A DNA stretch of 50,900 bases, from positions 1 to 50,900 of IMG/VR virus record IMGVR_UViG_3300010047_000005; one strand, given 5' to 3'. This DNA comes from a virus (lineage: Duplodnaviria > Caudoviricetes). Position 1 is the first letter of the stretch, and every line of letters starts with the position of its first letter. The position numbers and the translations under genes were made by a program. Of this stretch, positions 27,174 to 37,340 are shown piece by piece. The notes below the pieces were generated by a model that was not told where the DNA came from, did no database searches, and saw nothing but the letters and a program-made list of their open reading frames with translations.

Positions 27174-27587
27174 TCAGAGGCGCCGGAACGTCCACCCATT
27201 CGCCGCCGCGACCTCCTGCGCCGCGTACGTCAGGAAGAAGCGGCCCCGGAATCCGGGCCACCGAACTTGCTTCGCGTAGACCGTCCGGCCGCCGACCTCG
27301 AACTTCAGGACCGACTTCGAGCGGGGTCGGATGATTCGGGGGCGCGCGCCATCGTTGACGGCCGCCGCGTACCGGGCTGTGTATTGGACCTTCCCGACCG
27401 GGCCGCGCGGCGTGCTCCGGAACTGCATAGAGCCCGTCGACCGGAGGTACCCGAGATCGACGGGGCACCGGATCTGAGACCGCGTGAAGACCTGCCGAGT
27501 CCCGCGCATGACCTCCTGAGTTGCGACCCGGTTCCCCTCGGCGAAGAGCTTCGCGTACAGCGACGAGCCGTTGATGACCCCGGACAT
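27174..27587 (-). CDS. HK97 gp10-like neck/tail completion protein
   Basis: CPVDLGYLRS, YAAAVNDG, RFFL. Confidence 0.8.
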   Translation of the reverse strand: MSGVINGSSLYAKLFAEGNRVATQEVMRGTRQVFTRSQIRCPVDLGYLRSTGSMQFRSTPRGPVGKVQYTARYAAAVNDGARPRIIRPRSKSVLKFEVGGRTVYAKQVRWPGFRGRFFLTYAAQEVAAANGWTFRRL

Positions 27588-28138
27588 CACGACACCCCCG
27601 TCTCTGAGCAGTCGCACGCTGGCCCCTGGATCGTGACCGTGAGCGCGCCTCCGACGCAACCCCCTTGCACGTCGAGGGGTTGCCAGATGCCCGGGAGAAC
27701 TCTCCGGTGCCGGAGCCCGGTCGGGTCGGCCTGGATGTAGCAACAGATCGCCCGGCGCATCGCGGCGCCGTCATCCATCATCCGTTGAACTACGGCGTCC
27801 CACTCGGCAGGCTGCGGGAGGTAGTTCTCAGGGCCGGTCGGCGCGCACCGGACGGCCCCCATCTCTAGAACCACAGCCCACGCGCTCGTACCTTTCGGCA
27901 CGGGGGCCGCGTCCTGTTGAGGGAAGTTCGCCGACGACGGGAAGAACGACACGGGCCTGATCCATGCCAGGCCGTCGCAACACTCGTTTTCCAGGGTCGA
28001 CAGGAGCCAGTCGACCACGGTCCCGGGCCGGAATCCGAGGTAGCGGGGGACGGGAGCGCAGTCTTCGAGGGCCGCCGTGTAGCACGCGAGCAGTTCCTCG
28101 GCGATCGGCATGACCAGCGGGTCGGAGATGTACACCAT
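27587..28138 (-). CDS. Tail terminator-like virion protein
   Basis: Position; CCDGLAW, MGAVRC, QGGCVGG. Confidence 0.6.
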   Translation of the reverse strand: MVYISDPLVMPIAEELLACYTAALEDCAPVPRYLGFRPGTVVDWLLSTLENECCDGLAWIRPVSFFPSSANFPQQDAAPVPKGTSAWAVVLEMGAVRCAPTGPENYLPQPAEWDAVVQRMMDDGAAMRRAICCYIQADPTGLRHRRVLPGIWQPLDVQGGCVGGALTVTIQGPACDCSETGVS

Positions 28139-28140
28139 GA

Positions 28141-29004
28141 TCAGGACCCCAAGATTGTCATGCGGTCGCCGTACTCCGGCAGGTCGGGGGACAGCACGAG
28201 CGGAGGTCGCACCCGGCGCCCGGGGTTCACGGCCCGGATCACCATGTCGACCTCGTTGATCCCGGTCGTGAACTGATCAATGTCGGTGACCTGTTGAATG
28301 AACTCGGCCGTCACCCCCTGCCGAGTCAGGCTCGTGAGGCGCTGCGGGAGCGCGCACGCCGCACCCTTGACCGCCGACCCGAAGTTGCACGCGAGGATTT
28401 CCGTCGCGCTGATCACGGAGAGCGGGATCGCCGTCCCCCGGGAGTAGGTCACCGCGAAGGCTTCCGGGCCGTCGGCCGGCTGGTTGAGATCCTGACACGT
28501 GGGCCAGCACCCGGGGGACGTCTTGACGAGCCGAGTCGCCCCCTGCGCGACGTCGACGCGGTACTCCGTTGACGAGACGACCTCGCCGTGTACGACGACC
28601 TCGACGATTTGGGCGACCGGCCCATGCATGACGATCTCGCAGTGAGGCCGGCAACAGCACCGGGTGCCACACCCACACGAGTTGAACCACTGTCCGCCGT
28701 ACAGGTAGGGGAAGAACATCCCCGAGTTATCGCCCCACCCCCCGGAAGCCCAGACGGGGTACACCCGGTATTGCTGGTTGTACCACTCGGATTGACACGG
28801 CCGGATCGTGATCTCGCACGGGCCGAACTGGCGCCCGGTCGCGGCCCACATGATCATGACGGCGAGGTTCAGGGCCGTGTTCTGCTCGGCCGGCGTGAGG
28901 TCAACCCAGATGGGGCAGATGTCAGACGGGTCGATGTCCCACCCGCACATGCCGCCCGACCCCGGAGGGAAGGGCTGCGGGCTCGGTACCGGGATGACTG
29001 GCAC
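28141..29004 (-). CDS. Head-to-tail adaptor
   Basis: MWAATGRQFGPC, LTRQGVT, TGINEVD; start GTG 29004 after GGGAGG. Confidence 0.7.
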   Translation of the reverse strand: MPVIPVPSPQPFPPGSGGMCGWDIDPSDICPIWVDLTPAEQNTALNLAVMIMWAATGRQFGPCEITIRPCQSEWYNQQYRVYPVWASGGWGDNSGMFFPYLYGGQWFNSCGCGTRCCCRPHCEIVMHGPVAQIVEVVVHGEVVSSTEYRVDVAQGATRLVKTSPGCWPTCQDLNQPADGPEAFAVTYSRGTAIPLSVISATEILACNFGSAVKGAACALPQRLTSLTRQGVTAEFIQQVTDIDQFTTGINEVDMVIRAVNPGRRVRPPLVLSPDLPEYGDRMTILGS

Positions 29005-29020
29005 GGGTGGGACCTCCCGA

Positions 29021-29320
29021 TCAGACGAAGGTGTAATCCAGGGGCCATGCGCCCTGGGGCACATTGTTCAGGATCCCCGTGAAGCCTTCAGCTTCCGCCT
29101 CTTCTTTATAGAGGCAGAACAGCACGGGGATCACCCCCAGGTTGAGATCGATGTTATTGGGGAACGGACGCACGTTCACGCTCGCGCCTCCGTCCTCAAC
29201 TTCCGGGTCGTTGATCTCCGTGATGATGGCAGGACAGCGATCCACGCCGCCATTCCCGCCAGAGACCATCGGGATCTGGACAAGCTGGCCGATGAATACC
29301 GGATCCGGGGTGGTGGGCAT
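29021..29320 (-). CDS. Hypothetical protein
   Basis: MPTTPDPVFIGQLV..PAIITEI; GAGGAGG RBS. Confidence 0.7.
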   Translation of the reverse strand: MPTTPDPVFIGQLVQIPMVSGGNGGVDRCPAIITEINDPEVEDGGASVNVRPFPNNIDLNLGVIPVLFCLYKEEAEAEGFTGILNNVPQGAWPLDYTFV

Positions 29321-29334
29321 ATACCCCTCCTCTT

Positions 29335-31545
29335 CTAGAACTTCACGCCTGCCATGGGGCAGTCCGTGTCTGTGATGGACCCGACCGTGGGGAGCGACCC
29401 ACTTACCCCGGTCTGAACCCACGCGTTATTCCAGCCCACGCCGGTGCCCGTGGGGAAAGTCGCGCTGGCCACGAATGGGCTCCAGCCAGCACAGTGTCGC
29501 AACGTCGGCGCCGCAGTCTGACCGACCAGCGCAAGGAACCACAGGCCAGCCGTGAGCGCGGTGGATACCGAAAAGGTCTTCGTGCCCGTCGTGCTTGCGT
29601 CCGTCGTTCCGTAGTCGGCCACCGCTGCCCCGCTGGGCAGGAAGGAGGAGTCTGGCGCGTAGATCCCCGCACGCACGACGGCCAGCGCGGAGATCCCGCT
29701 CACCTCGAAGGCGATCCCGGACAGCGTGGCATCGCGGAGCAACAGGAAGGGGATGTAGAACAGGGCATTGAGTGTGGCGGCCTTCGAGCTTCGCGTGGTG
29801 ACCACACCACCCACGGGGACGTAGTTGGCTCTCGGGTACATGCCCGCGCTCTTTTCGATCGCCCACTTCAGGCCATTCGTGAGCGCGGAGTCCGCCGTCA
29901 GGATGTCGCCGTTGGTGCCGATCGCCTGGCGCGCAGGAGTGTCGTTGGCCGTGGCGACGATGATGTCGCCCTTCGCGTCGAGCAACGTCTGCTGAATCGC
30001 ATTGACGATCCGGGAGTCGTTGCCCTGCGCAACGGTGTTCACGGCCGTTCCGTACACGGGTTCGAGGGTCCGGTCCGCCGAGAGATCACCACCCCCGGTG
30101 AGGCCGTTCTGTGTCGTGATGGTCCGCGTGGTCGGAACCGCGCCAACGTCCGACGCGACGATCGTGTGGTACTCCAGACCCGTGCTTTGGCCCGACGCCG
30201 CCCGCAGGTACTGCCCATCGGTCCCGACAGCGAGCCGAGCCGGGGTGTCGGCCGCCGACGCCGCGATCAGGTCGCCCTTCGCGTCGAACAGCGTGCCCTG
30301 AATCGCGTTCACGATGCGTGTGTCATTGCCCTGTGCGACCGTATTCGCCCCGGTCCCATATGTGGGCTGAAGGGTCCGGTCCGCCGAGAGGTCCCCACCG
30401 CCCTGGAGGCCATTGGTCGTGCTGATGAGCCGGCTCGACGGGACGCCGCCGACATCCGATGCTGTCAGGGTGTGGTACTCCAGGCCCGATGCCTGGGCGG
30501 AGTTGGCCCGCAACACCTGCCCGTCCGTGCCGACGCCCTGCCGGACGGTCGTCGCGGCCCCGGTGCCCGCGTACAGGTCGCCCTTCGTGGTGATCGTAGA
30601 GCGCTGCTGTGCCCCGGTGATCCGGGCGTCGTCCCCAGCCGCCGCCGTCCCGGCCGTCGTGCCGAGGTCGACATCGAAGGTCCGGTCTGTCGACAGGTCC
30701 CCGCCGCCCGAGAGCGCGATCCCGGCCGTGAGGGTCCGGGTGTTCGGCACCGCATTCACGATCCGAGGGTCGTTGCCCTCGGCGACCGTGTTAGCCGCCG
30801 TACCGTAGTCCGGTTCGAGGGTGAGGTCCACCGAGAGCGCGCCGCCCCCCGTGATGCCGTTCTGTGTGTTCACGTTCCGGGTGGTCGGCACGGAGCCGAC
30901 GTCTGCGGCCGTAAGCGTGTCCCACGCGACGCCGGGAGTCGCCCCCGAGTCTGCACGCAGAACCTGCCCGTCTGTTCCCACTCCGACGCGCACGGGGGTG
31001 TCAGGGGCTGAGCCTGCGATCAGGTCGCCCTTCGCGTCGATGATGGTCGTCGGGATGCCCCCGCCTCCGCCGCCTCCGGCCTGCCAGCTCACGCCGGCCG
31101 CCGCGCCCGAGTCGGCCGTTAGGACGAAGGTGTCGGCGCCGACCGGGACGCGGACGATCGTGTCCGGGCCGGTCGCTGCCAGGATGTCGCCCTTCGCGTC
31201 CGCCATGGACTGCGTGAGCGCGCCGAGCGGGACGTTCCCGTCGCCATCCGGGCCGACGTCATCGACCGTGAAGACGGGACCTGCTGGGGCTCCGAGGTTG
31301 ACGAGCACGCTGTCGCCGGTCCCGACCGGGCCGACGAACACCCAATACTCGCCGTCGGCCGCGTAGAACTCCAGGTTCCCCGAGCCGTCCGTCGTCGTCG
31401 GGTTGTCGAGGGGGGTCGTAAGGCCCGGGTCCGAGAAGATCGGGGCGAACGTGTTTTGGTCACCGGGGCCGAAGACGGCCGCGCGCTGATTCGCGGCCAG
31501 CTCCCCGGTTGCGTAGAACCACTCTTGTGGACCGTAGTGGGCCAT
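29335..31545 (-). CDS. Fiber-like virion protein with internal repeats
   Basis: Start MAHYGPQ; repeated DAKGDL..VGTDGQ..GGGDLSADRTL..NTVAQGND units. Confidence 0.8.
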   Translation of the reverse strand: MAHYGPQEWFYATGELAANQRAAVFGPGDQNTFAPIFSDPGLTTPLDNPTTTDGSGNLEFYAADGEYWVFVGPVGTGDSVLVNLGAPAGPVFTVDDVGPDGDGNVPLGALTQSMADAKGDILAATGPDTIVRVPVGADTFVLTADSGAAAGVSWQAGGGGGGGIPTTIIDAKGDLIAGSAPDTPVRVGVGTDGQVLRADSGATPGVAWDTLTAADVGSVPTTRNVNTQNGITGGGALSVDLTLEPDYGTAANTVAEGNDPRIVNAVPNTRTLTAGIALSGGGDLSTDRTFDVDLGTTAGTAAAGDDARITGAQQRSTITTKGDLYAGTGAATTVRQGVGTDGQVLRANSAQASGLEYHTLTASDVGGVPSSRLISTTNGLQGGGDLSADRTLQPTYGTGANTVAQGNDTRIVNAIQGTLFDAKGDLIAASAADTPARLAVGTDGQYLRAASGQSTGLEYHTIVASDVGAVPTTRTITTQNGLTGGGDLSADRTLEPVYGTAVNTVAQGNDSRIVNAIQQTLLDAKGDIIVATANDTPARQAIGTNGDILTADSALTNGLKWAIEKSAGMYPRANYVPVGGVVTTRSSKAATLNALFYIPFLLLRDATLSGIAFEVSGISALAVVRAGIYAPDSSFLPSGAAVADYGTTDASTTGTKTFSVSTALTAGLWFLALVGQTAAPTLRHCAGWSPFVASATFPTGTGVGWNNAWVQTGVSGSLPTVGSITDTDCPMAGVKF

Positions 31546-31607
31546 CTCTCCCCCTTCGAGACGAAGGGGCCGCACCATGTGATCGATGCGGCCCCCGGGA
31601 AGTGCGC

Positions 31608-32312
31608 TTAGCTGGATAGCGTCTGGCACCCACACTCGGGGAGCGGGGGTGGGAGCTGAGTCCAGATGTCGAGGAAGTGCTCGTCGTCCTCGACCGGATC
31701 GACGAGGGGAGCCGGCAGGCCCGCCGCGTCGAGCATGACGTCGAACGGCCCGGTACCCCACGGGGTGCCCGAGCGCGTCCGGCCCGTGATCGTGAACGTG
31801 ATCAGGTCGTTTCCAACGGTGATCGCGTCCGTGATCCGGCCGTTGATTGCCCACGGGAGGAGCAGGTACCCGTACCACGGCGCGACGATCGCGGGCGGCG
31901 TCGGGCACGCCTCCTCCGACGTTCCGGTCCAGACCTCCAGGCCGAAGTTTCCAGCGGCCCAGTTGTTCGTCCCGTAGGCGTTACCGATGTGGAACGGCGT
32001 CGGCGTCGTGTAGTCGTCGATCAGCCGCGAGCCCGTCATCAGGTAGAACAGCTCGGGGTCGACCTCCGCCATCGTGATGGTGAAATCGAACCAGTTCAAT
32101 AGAGGGATCGATTCCTGGTTCACCAGGGCGCGGCCGGCCGCGTTCTTCTGGAGGAAGCGGTCGCCGTCCTCCTCGTTCGGCGTGATCTCGATCTGTGTCT
32201 GTCCGTCGGAGACCGCGAAGGCGCACTCCTCGTACATCGGGAATCCACAGTCGTCGACCCGGGTAACCCGGAAAGTCGCGCCCTGTAGGGGCTTGTAACA
32301 CCTTGAAGCCAT
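31608..32312 (-). CDS. Major tail protein
   Basis: MASRC..RVTRVDDCG, FGLEVWT, YGYLLLPW, WGTGPFDV. Confidence 0.85.
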   Translation of the reverse strand: MASRCYKPLQGATFRVTRVDDCGFPMYEECAFAVSDGQTQIEITPNEEDGDRFLQKNAAGRALVNQESIPLLNWFDFTITMAEVDPELFYLMTGSRLIDDYTTPTPFHIGNAYGTNNWAAGNFGLEVWTGTSEEACPTPPAIVAPWYGYLLLPWAINGRITDAITVGNDLITFTITGRTRSGTPWGTGPFDVMLDAAGLPAPLVDPVEDDEHFLDIWTQLPPPLPECGCQTLSS

Positions 32313-32317
32313 TGTGA

Positions 32318-33175
32318 TCAACTCCCCAGCGGGTCGAAGAGGATGCGACCTGCGCCGCAATCGAAACCGATCGCGTACTCCCGTTCCGCGAGGAGGAAGT
32401 ACTGATTGTTCGTCCGGTCCAGCGTCTGCGGGATCGGGTACGTGAACACGTCGGCCGAGCGCCAGACGGCGACCTGCCCCGTCACGTACATGTAGAAGCC
32501 ACCGGTCGGAGGCTCCGCGCCGTCGGCGCCGGTACCGGGGTACCCACCGCCGAAGACCCAGATGGACCCGAACGGCGTGTACTTGATCCCGTTCTTCTCG
32601 ACGACCAGGTACGCCGACCCGAACCACGACGCGGCCTCGACCGGGGCGTGAATGTAGGCCGTGCCGCCGTAGCCCTCCGTGCGGTACGCGTGCGCCTCCA
32701 GGGCCGCGAGCACCGCCTCGGGGCTACCGCTGTCGCCGACCGCGATGTCGGTCGTGGTGTCGGCGAGCGCGTTGATCCCGAGGGACGTCCCGCCGACGGC
32801 CGCCGTCATGCCGGTCCACAGGGCCAGCTCGGCCGCTCCCTGCTCGCCGAGCTGAAGGCGCGCCTTCACCTTGTCGATGAACTCCTGCGACGTGTAGCCG
32901 ATCGAGCCGCACTCGATGGAGGCGGTCACGATGAACGGGAACGCGTCGAAGGTGGCGTTGTCCGGGTCGCCCTGCTTCTCGAAGGGGTAGACCACTCCAG
33001 CGGAGCAGTCGATCGGGTACGGGTGCGCCTCTCCGCACGTCCGCTCGACGTAGCGGACGCCCCCGCCTCTGCCGTGCTCCGGCAGGTCGATAGGCCCGCT
33101 CGCGACGGTCAGCAACCCGTAGTGGTTGCCGACCGCCTGCGGCCCTTCGACCAATGGCCCGGGGATGATCCCCAT
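32318..33175 (-). CDS. Second capsid protein (pentamer-like)
   Basis: Follows the major capsid gene; EQGAAELALW, YIHAP, GGGY, LAEREY. Confidence 0.7.
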   Translation of the reverse strand: MGIIPGPLVEGPQAVGNHYGLLTVASGPIDLPEHGRGGGVRYVERTCGEAHPYPIDCSAGVVYPFEKQGDPDNATFDAFPFIVTASIECGSIGYTSQEFIDKVKARLQLGEQGAAELALWTGMTAAVGGTSLGINALADTTTDIAVGDSGSPEAVLAALEAHAYRTEGYGGTAYIHAPVEAASWFGSAYLVVEKNGIKYTPFGSIWVFGGGYPGTGADGAEPPTGGFYMYVTGQVAVWRSADVFTYPIPQTLDRTNNQYFLLAEREYAIGFDCGAGRILFDPLGS

Positions 33176-33204
33176 GCGGGCCTCCTTTCAGGTCGAAGGG
33201 GATG

Positions 33205-34932
33205 TTAGGAGCAGCAACCCACGACGCCGGACGGGTCGAGAGTGACCGTGTAGAGCCGGGAGACGGGGCACGTCTGAATGACGTTGAACCCGTCCTCGAC
33301 GAAGAGCGCGGTGTACTGGTTCGTGGTCAGCATGGCGTTGTCGTAGATCGTGTCGAGGTTCACGACGTCGCGCACGATCTTCGTCCAGGTGCCGGCCGGG
33401 TAGACCAGGAACTGTCCGGTCGCCGGAAGCGCGGTGAGCGGGGAAGCTCCACCGGGGCCGCCCATGAGACCCGAGTACGCGTCCTGCCAGTCGTACACGA
33501 AGCGCGGCATTGCGTGACGGATCGCAAACCAGTCCATGATCATCTGGTCCGTGACGTCGAGCATGCCGAGCCCGTAGCGGCGGGACAGCGCGGCCCGGAT
33601 CGGGACCAGGAACCAGTACGGCATGACCACTTCGAGCGAGGTGGTCGCGCTCATGCGCTGCGAATACTTGATGTCCCAGATCGCGAGGTCGACGGCCGCG
33701 AGGGTCGCCGAAGCCGCGTCGTCGCCGGACGCGTCGGCCGGGATGACGACCGCAGCACCCGAGGCCGTGACGATGCGCGAGATCACGCTCTCGTTGACCT
33801 TGTGCGCGAGCGCCTTAACGGCCTGCTGGCTGAAGAACTCGACGACCTCGGGGTAACCGCGCCGCTGAAGCAGGGAGCCCGTGAGGCACAGGTACGAGGC
33901 GTCGAGCCGCACGTCCTCGAAATCCGGACAAGGGATCTCAAAGCACTCTTTGATCGCGTCGTTCTCGATCTGGTACTCGGTGAGGATGACGTCGCCGTCG
34001 TCACCGATGCCGTTCCACACGACCGAGAAGTTCGGGCCACCGTCGGCCGGGAGCTGGAAACCACCCCGGGTTGCCTGGATCTCCGGCAGGTCGAGCATGC
34101 CGTCGAGGCTGGAGAGGTCGCACAGGTCGTAGATCACCTCGGACGGAGCACACCAACCCACGGCGGCCGTGAGGGCCTTACCGGCCTTGATCTGTGCCTT
34201 CGCGGACTCGATCAGCGAGCCGCCCGGGAGACGGGACTCCTTCGCGGCGTACTTCAGGACGCGCTCGGGGTCCGAGCCTTCCTTGATCCGGAGGTCGTCC
34301 GGGTACTGGCGCTTGAACATCACGCCGCCGTGACGGATCGAGGAACGACCCGGCTCGATGGCGAAGGAGTGCGGGCCGACGCGCGGCGCGGAGTGCACGG
34401 CACCCTTGCGCGGCATGGCACCGGAGGGCGAGTACGCGGCGAGCCGGTTGTCGAGGGCGAGCGCGGCCTGAGAGAAGCTCTCCAGGGGCACGCCGGAGCC
34501 GAAGCCCGGGACGTCCGACGCCGTGGTCATCACGACGAACTTGTCGGCCTCTTCGGCGGGAACCGCGTCGAGGGTGGACCGGCGAAGGTTGCGGGTCTTG
34601 ATCTTGCTCTTGGACTGCGAAGCGACGACAGCCGGCGCCTGCGTAGCGGCCTCGACTTCCTCGTCGTCCTCGGTCTCGTCTTCGTCCTCGTCGTCCTCGT
34701 CTTCGGCTTCGACGTCGGCCGCGAGGGACTGGCGAAGGGCCTCGGCCTCTTCGCGCTCCTTCTGCTCGGCGAGCACGGTGTTGTACGCGTCGCGAGCTTC
34801 GGTGAGATCGGTGATCGAGGAACCGGCTTCGGCGCTCGTCACGGTGCGAACGTAGGTACGGACATCCCCCGCGAGCTTCGCCAGCTCGTCGGCGGAAAGG
34901 GACTTAATGTCCTCGGGAAGCTTGAATCCCAT
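33205..34932 (-). CDS. Major capsid protein (hexamer) with N-terminal scaffold-like region
   Basis: GWCAPSEVIYDLC, LDLPEI.ATRGG, YTALFVED; acidic helical N-terminus. Confidence 0.88.
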   Translation of the reverse strand: MGFKLPEDIKSLSADELAKLAGDVRTYVRTVTSAEAGSSITDLTEARDAYNTVLAEQKEREEAEALRQSLAADVEAEDEDDEDEDETEDDEEVEAATQAPAVVASQSKSKIKTRNLRRSTLDAVPAEEADKFVVMTTASDVPGFGSGVPLESFSQAALALDNRLAAYSPSGAMPRKGAVHSAPRVGPHSFAIEPGRSSIRHGGVMFKRQYPDDLRIKEGSDPERVLKYAAKESRLPGGSLIESAKAQIKAGKALTAAVGWCAPSEVIYDLCDLSSLDGMLDLPEIQATRGGFQLPADGGPNFSVVWNGIGDDGDVILTEYQIENDAIKECFEIPCPDFEDVRLDASYLCLTGSLLQRRGYPEVVEFFSQQAVKALAHKVNESVISRIVTASGAAVVIPADASGDDAASATLAAVDLAIWDIKYSQRMSATTSLEVVMPYWFLVPIRAALSRRYGLGMLDVTDQMIMDWFAIRHAMPRFVYDWQDAYSGLMGGPGGASPLTALPATGQFLVYPAGTWTKIVRDVVNLDTIYDNAMLTTNQYTALFVEDGFNVIQTCPVSRLYTVTLDPSGVVGCCS

Positions 34933-35019
34933 GGCTGGTCTCCTGGGGGCCACGCCGTCCGGGCGGGCCAAGACCAGACCCCGGTACACGAAGAACGGTA
35001 CACGGGGTCTGGAGGCACA

Positions 35020-35862
35020 TCACGACCAGTGGATCAGTTCCTTGACCTGCGGACGCTCCGCGTCTAGGTCGAAGGCCGCGTGATCCGGGAACGACGCCGC
35101 GCGCCGATTCAGCTCGTCGGTCCCCATGGCGAGCAGCGCCCGGCCACGGACGAAGAAGTCCGTCCCGGACAGCGGCTCCCCGTCACGGTGGTACCCGATG
35201 AACCCGGCGTGATAGGCCCGAGGCACGCACGGGTAGACCGTCGAGAGCTCCCGGTCCTCGGCCACCCGGTGGAGTAGGCCGTCCTGCTCGGCGTTGGCCT
35301 GCGGGATCTTCGACTTCGGAAACCGGCGCCGGCAGTACCCGACCGGATCGCGGTAGTACGCCTCTCGGGCCTCGCGCAGCACGAGCCGGAGAGTCTCGCG
35401 CCGGAAGCTCACCCCGAGGGACTGGTAATCCCGGTGCGCCCACACCATGGCCGGCTCGTCGGGCGGCGTGGCCAGCACGTTCTGATTGCGGCACGCGGAG
35501 ACGGCGAAGGCGGCCGGGGCGATCTCGTGCGCAGCCCGGTGGAACCCGAAGTAGTCCGAGCCGACGAAGACGTCCTCCTCGACGAGGTGCACGAGCTCGG
35601 CGTTCGTATTGACGGCCAGCGCGTAGGACGTGAGCACGTTGTACGAGTTGCCTCGGTAGTGGTGCCTCGGGAGGTGGGTCCGGACCCGGCGCTCGCCGAC
35701 CTGCTTCGCGAACGCCTTCACGACGAGGGCGTTCCGCTGATCGTGGCCCCGGTCCAGGGCGATCAGGTACTCCTGTCGGCCCTCGTCGGCGATCGCGAGG
35801 CGGGACAGGCACGCGTGCAGGAAGTCGGCCCGGCGCCACGCCGGCACGATCACGAGCTCCAT
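35020..35862 (-). CDS. Glycosyltransferase (GT-A)
   Basis: VIVPAWRR, LVEEDVFV, EQDGL, HAGF. Confidence 0.8.
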   Translation of the reverse strand: MELVIVPAWRRADFLHACLSRLAIADEGRQEYLIALDRGHDQRNALVVKAFAKQVGERRVRTHLPRHHYRGNSYNVLTSYALAVNTNAELVHLVEEDVFVGSDYFGFHRAAHEIAPAAFAVSACRNQNVLATPPDEPAMVWAHRDYQSLGVSFRRETLRLVLREAREAYYRDPVGYCRRRFPKSKIPQANAEQDGLLHRVAEDRELSTVYPCVPRAYHAGFIGYHRDGEPLSGTDFFVRGRALLAMGTDELNRRAASFPDHAAFDLDAERPQVKELIHWS

Positions 35863-35863
35863 C

Positions 35864-36430
35864 TCAGGCCCCGAACGGGATGATCAGGATGCCGGTCGCG
35901 TAGTCCTCGCTCCGGCGCTCCTCGATGCGGTACTCGATGCCGGCCCGGTCCAGGAACGGCACGATCGCGTGACCCTTGACGACGCCTTCGGACTCCATGT
36001 CGACGTCATCGACCAGGATGTACCCGGGCGCCCGGACCATGCGCCGAGCGAGGTAGAACTCGTGCAGGATCAGCTCCGCGTCGTTGTCGGAGTCCAGGTA
36101 GATCAGGTGGTACGGCTCCAGCTCGAACGGCTCTTGATCGAGGAGCAGCTCGCCCATGGCGTCGATCGAGTGCGCCTCGATCAGCTTCACGACGCCGAGG
36201 AGCCCCCGGTCGGCGAGGACCCGCGTCGCGACCTTCGTGTCGAGGTCGATCGAGGTCACGTTCCCGCCCGTGGCGACCGCAGCCTCGGCGAACACGACCG
36301 TCGACCACCCGTCGTTGTCGCGGTAGCTGTCGCCCTCCCCTCGGATCGTGCCGGTCTCCAGGATGCGCAGCGCGCCGTACCGCGCGGCGAGCTCGTCGAG
36401 CAGGGGGGTGAGTACTTGTCGGGCCGTCAT
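35864..36430 (-). CDS. Class I SAM-dependent methyltransferase
   Basis: ILETGT, VTSID, LIYLDS, GYILVDD. Confidence 0.85.
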   Translation of the reverse strand: MTARQVLTPLLDELAARYGALRILETGTIRGEGDSYRDNDGWSTVVFAEAAVATGGNVTSIDLDTKVATRVLADRGLLGVVKLIEAHSIDAMGELLLDQEPFELEPYHLIYLDSDNDAELILHEFYLARRMVRAPGYILVDDVDMESEGVVKGHAIVPFLDRAGIEYRIEERRSEDYATGILIIPFGA

Positions 36431-37329
36431 CGAAGCTGCTCCAGTCGGTCGAGGGCGATCTCGGCGAACGCCCGGTTCCTGTTCTCGAAGTGTGCACGCG
36501 CCATCTCCCGCGCCTTCGCCCGGTCCTCGTCGGACCAGTGCGCCACGGCCCGGACGGCCTTCGCGAGGGTGCGGGCGTCGACGTGGGACTCGCGCACCAT
36601 GCCCCGCCCGGTCGTGCGTACCGGCTCGACGAGGGCGCCCCACTCGGGGGCGACGTGCTCGTTCATCGGGGACGCGTTGGTCGTGACGACCGCAGCGCCG
36701 ACCGACAGGCCCTCGGTGATGTAGTGCCCCCACCCCTCCGACGTCGAGGGGCACACGTGGATCGAGTGCCGATTCAGCTCACGGCGTAACTGCTCGGGCG
36801 TGAGCCGGCCGACGAGGCGCACGTTCCGGGGCACCGGGAACTGTGTCGCCGACACGATCGTGAGCGGCGGGAGGTCGGGGTACTTCCGCCATGCGTCCAG
36901 GACGTGCCTGGTCCCCTTGAAATCGGACTTGCCCCGCAGGTGCAGGACCCGGGGCTCGCGCTCGACGGCCGCGTCCAGGTAGTCCCTGGAGGCGAACCCG
37001 GTGTACGTCGAGTTCTTCAGGCCGAGGCCCTGATAGATCGTGTGCGCCTCGCGGGACTTCGCCCATAGCTGGCTGATCGTCCACAGGTGGCGCTTCCAAG
37101 AATCTTGGAACCATTCCAGATTGAAGATGCCAACCGTCCGGCGCGCGTACCGGGCAAGCGTCGGGTTCCACAGTTCGAGGAAGATCGCGACGTCGCACCG
37201 GGGCATCACTCGCTTGGACCACTCGACCCGGGTCACGGAGTGCCCGCGCTCGGCGAGCACTCCTTCGAGAAGGTCCATGTCCGCGCTGAGACCCACCCCG
37301 TTGTCGCGGCTCACGAGGTGGACCTTCAT
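36427..37329 (-). CDS. Glycosyltransferase (GT-B, GT4-like)
   Basis: CPSTSEGWGHYITEG EX7E motif; start MKVHLVSRDNG. Confidence 0.88.
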   Translation of the reverse strand: MKVHLVSRDNGVGLSADMDLLEGVLAERGHSVTRVEWSKRVMPRCDVAIFLELWNPTLARYARRTVGIFNLEWFQDSWKRHLWTISQLWAKSREAHTIYQGLGLKNSTYTGFASRDYLDAAVEREPRVLHLRGKSDFKGTRHVLDAWRKYPDLPPLTIVSATQFPVPRNVRLVGRLTPEQLRRELNRHSIHVCPSTSEGWGHYITEGLSVGAAVVTTNASPMNEHVAPEWGALVEPVRTTGRGMVRESHVDARTLAKAVRAVAHWSDEDRAKAREMARAHFENRNRAFAEIALDRLEQLR

Positions 37330-37340
37330 CTGACCTTCCC

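Noticed and set aside
29880-31210. DNA repeats as CRISPR or DGR template/variable repeats
   Set aside because: They are in-frame protein repeats with synonymous variation; no spacers, cas genes or reverse transcriptase seen
33202-35067. 621-aa + strand ORF opposite the major capsid gene
   Set aside because: Shadow ORF with no domain features, unlike the ORF inside the intein
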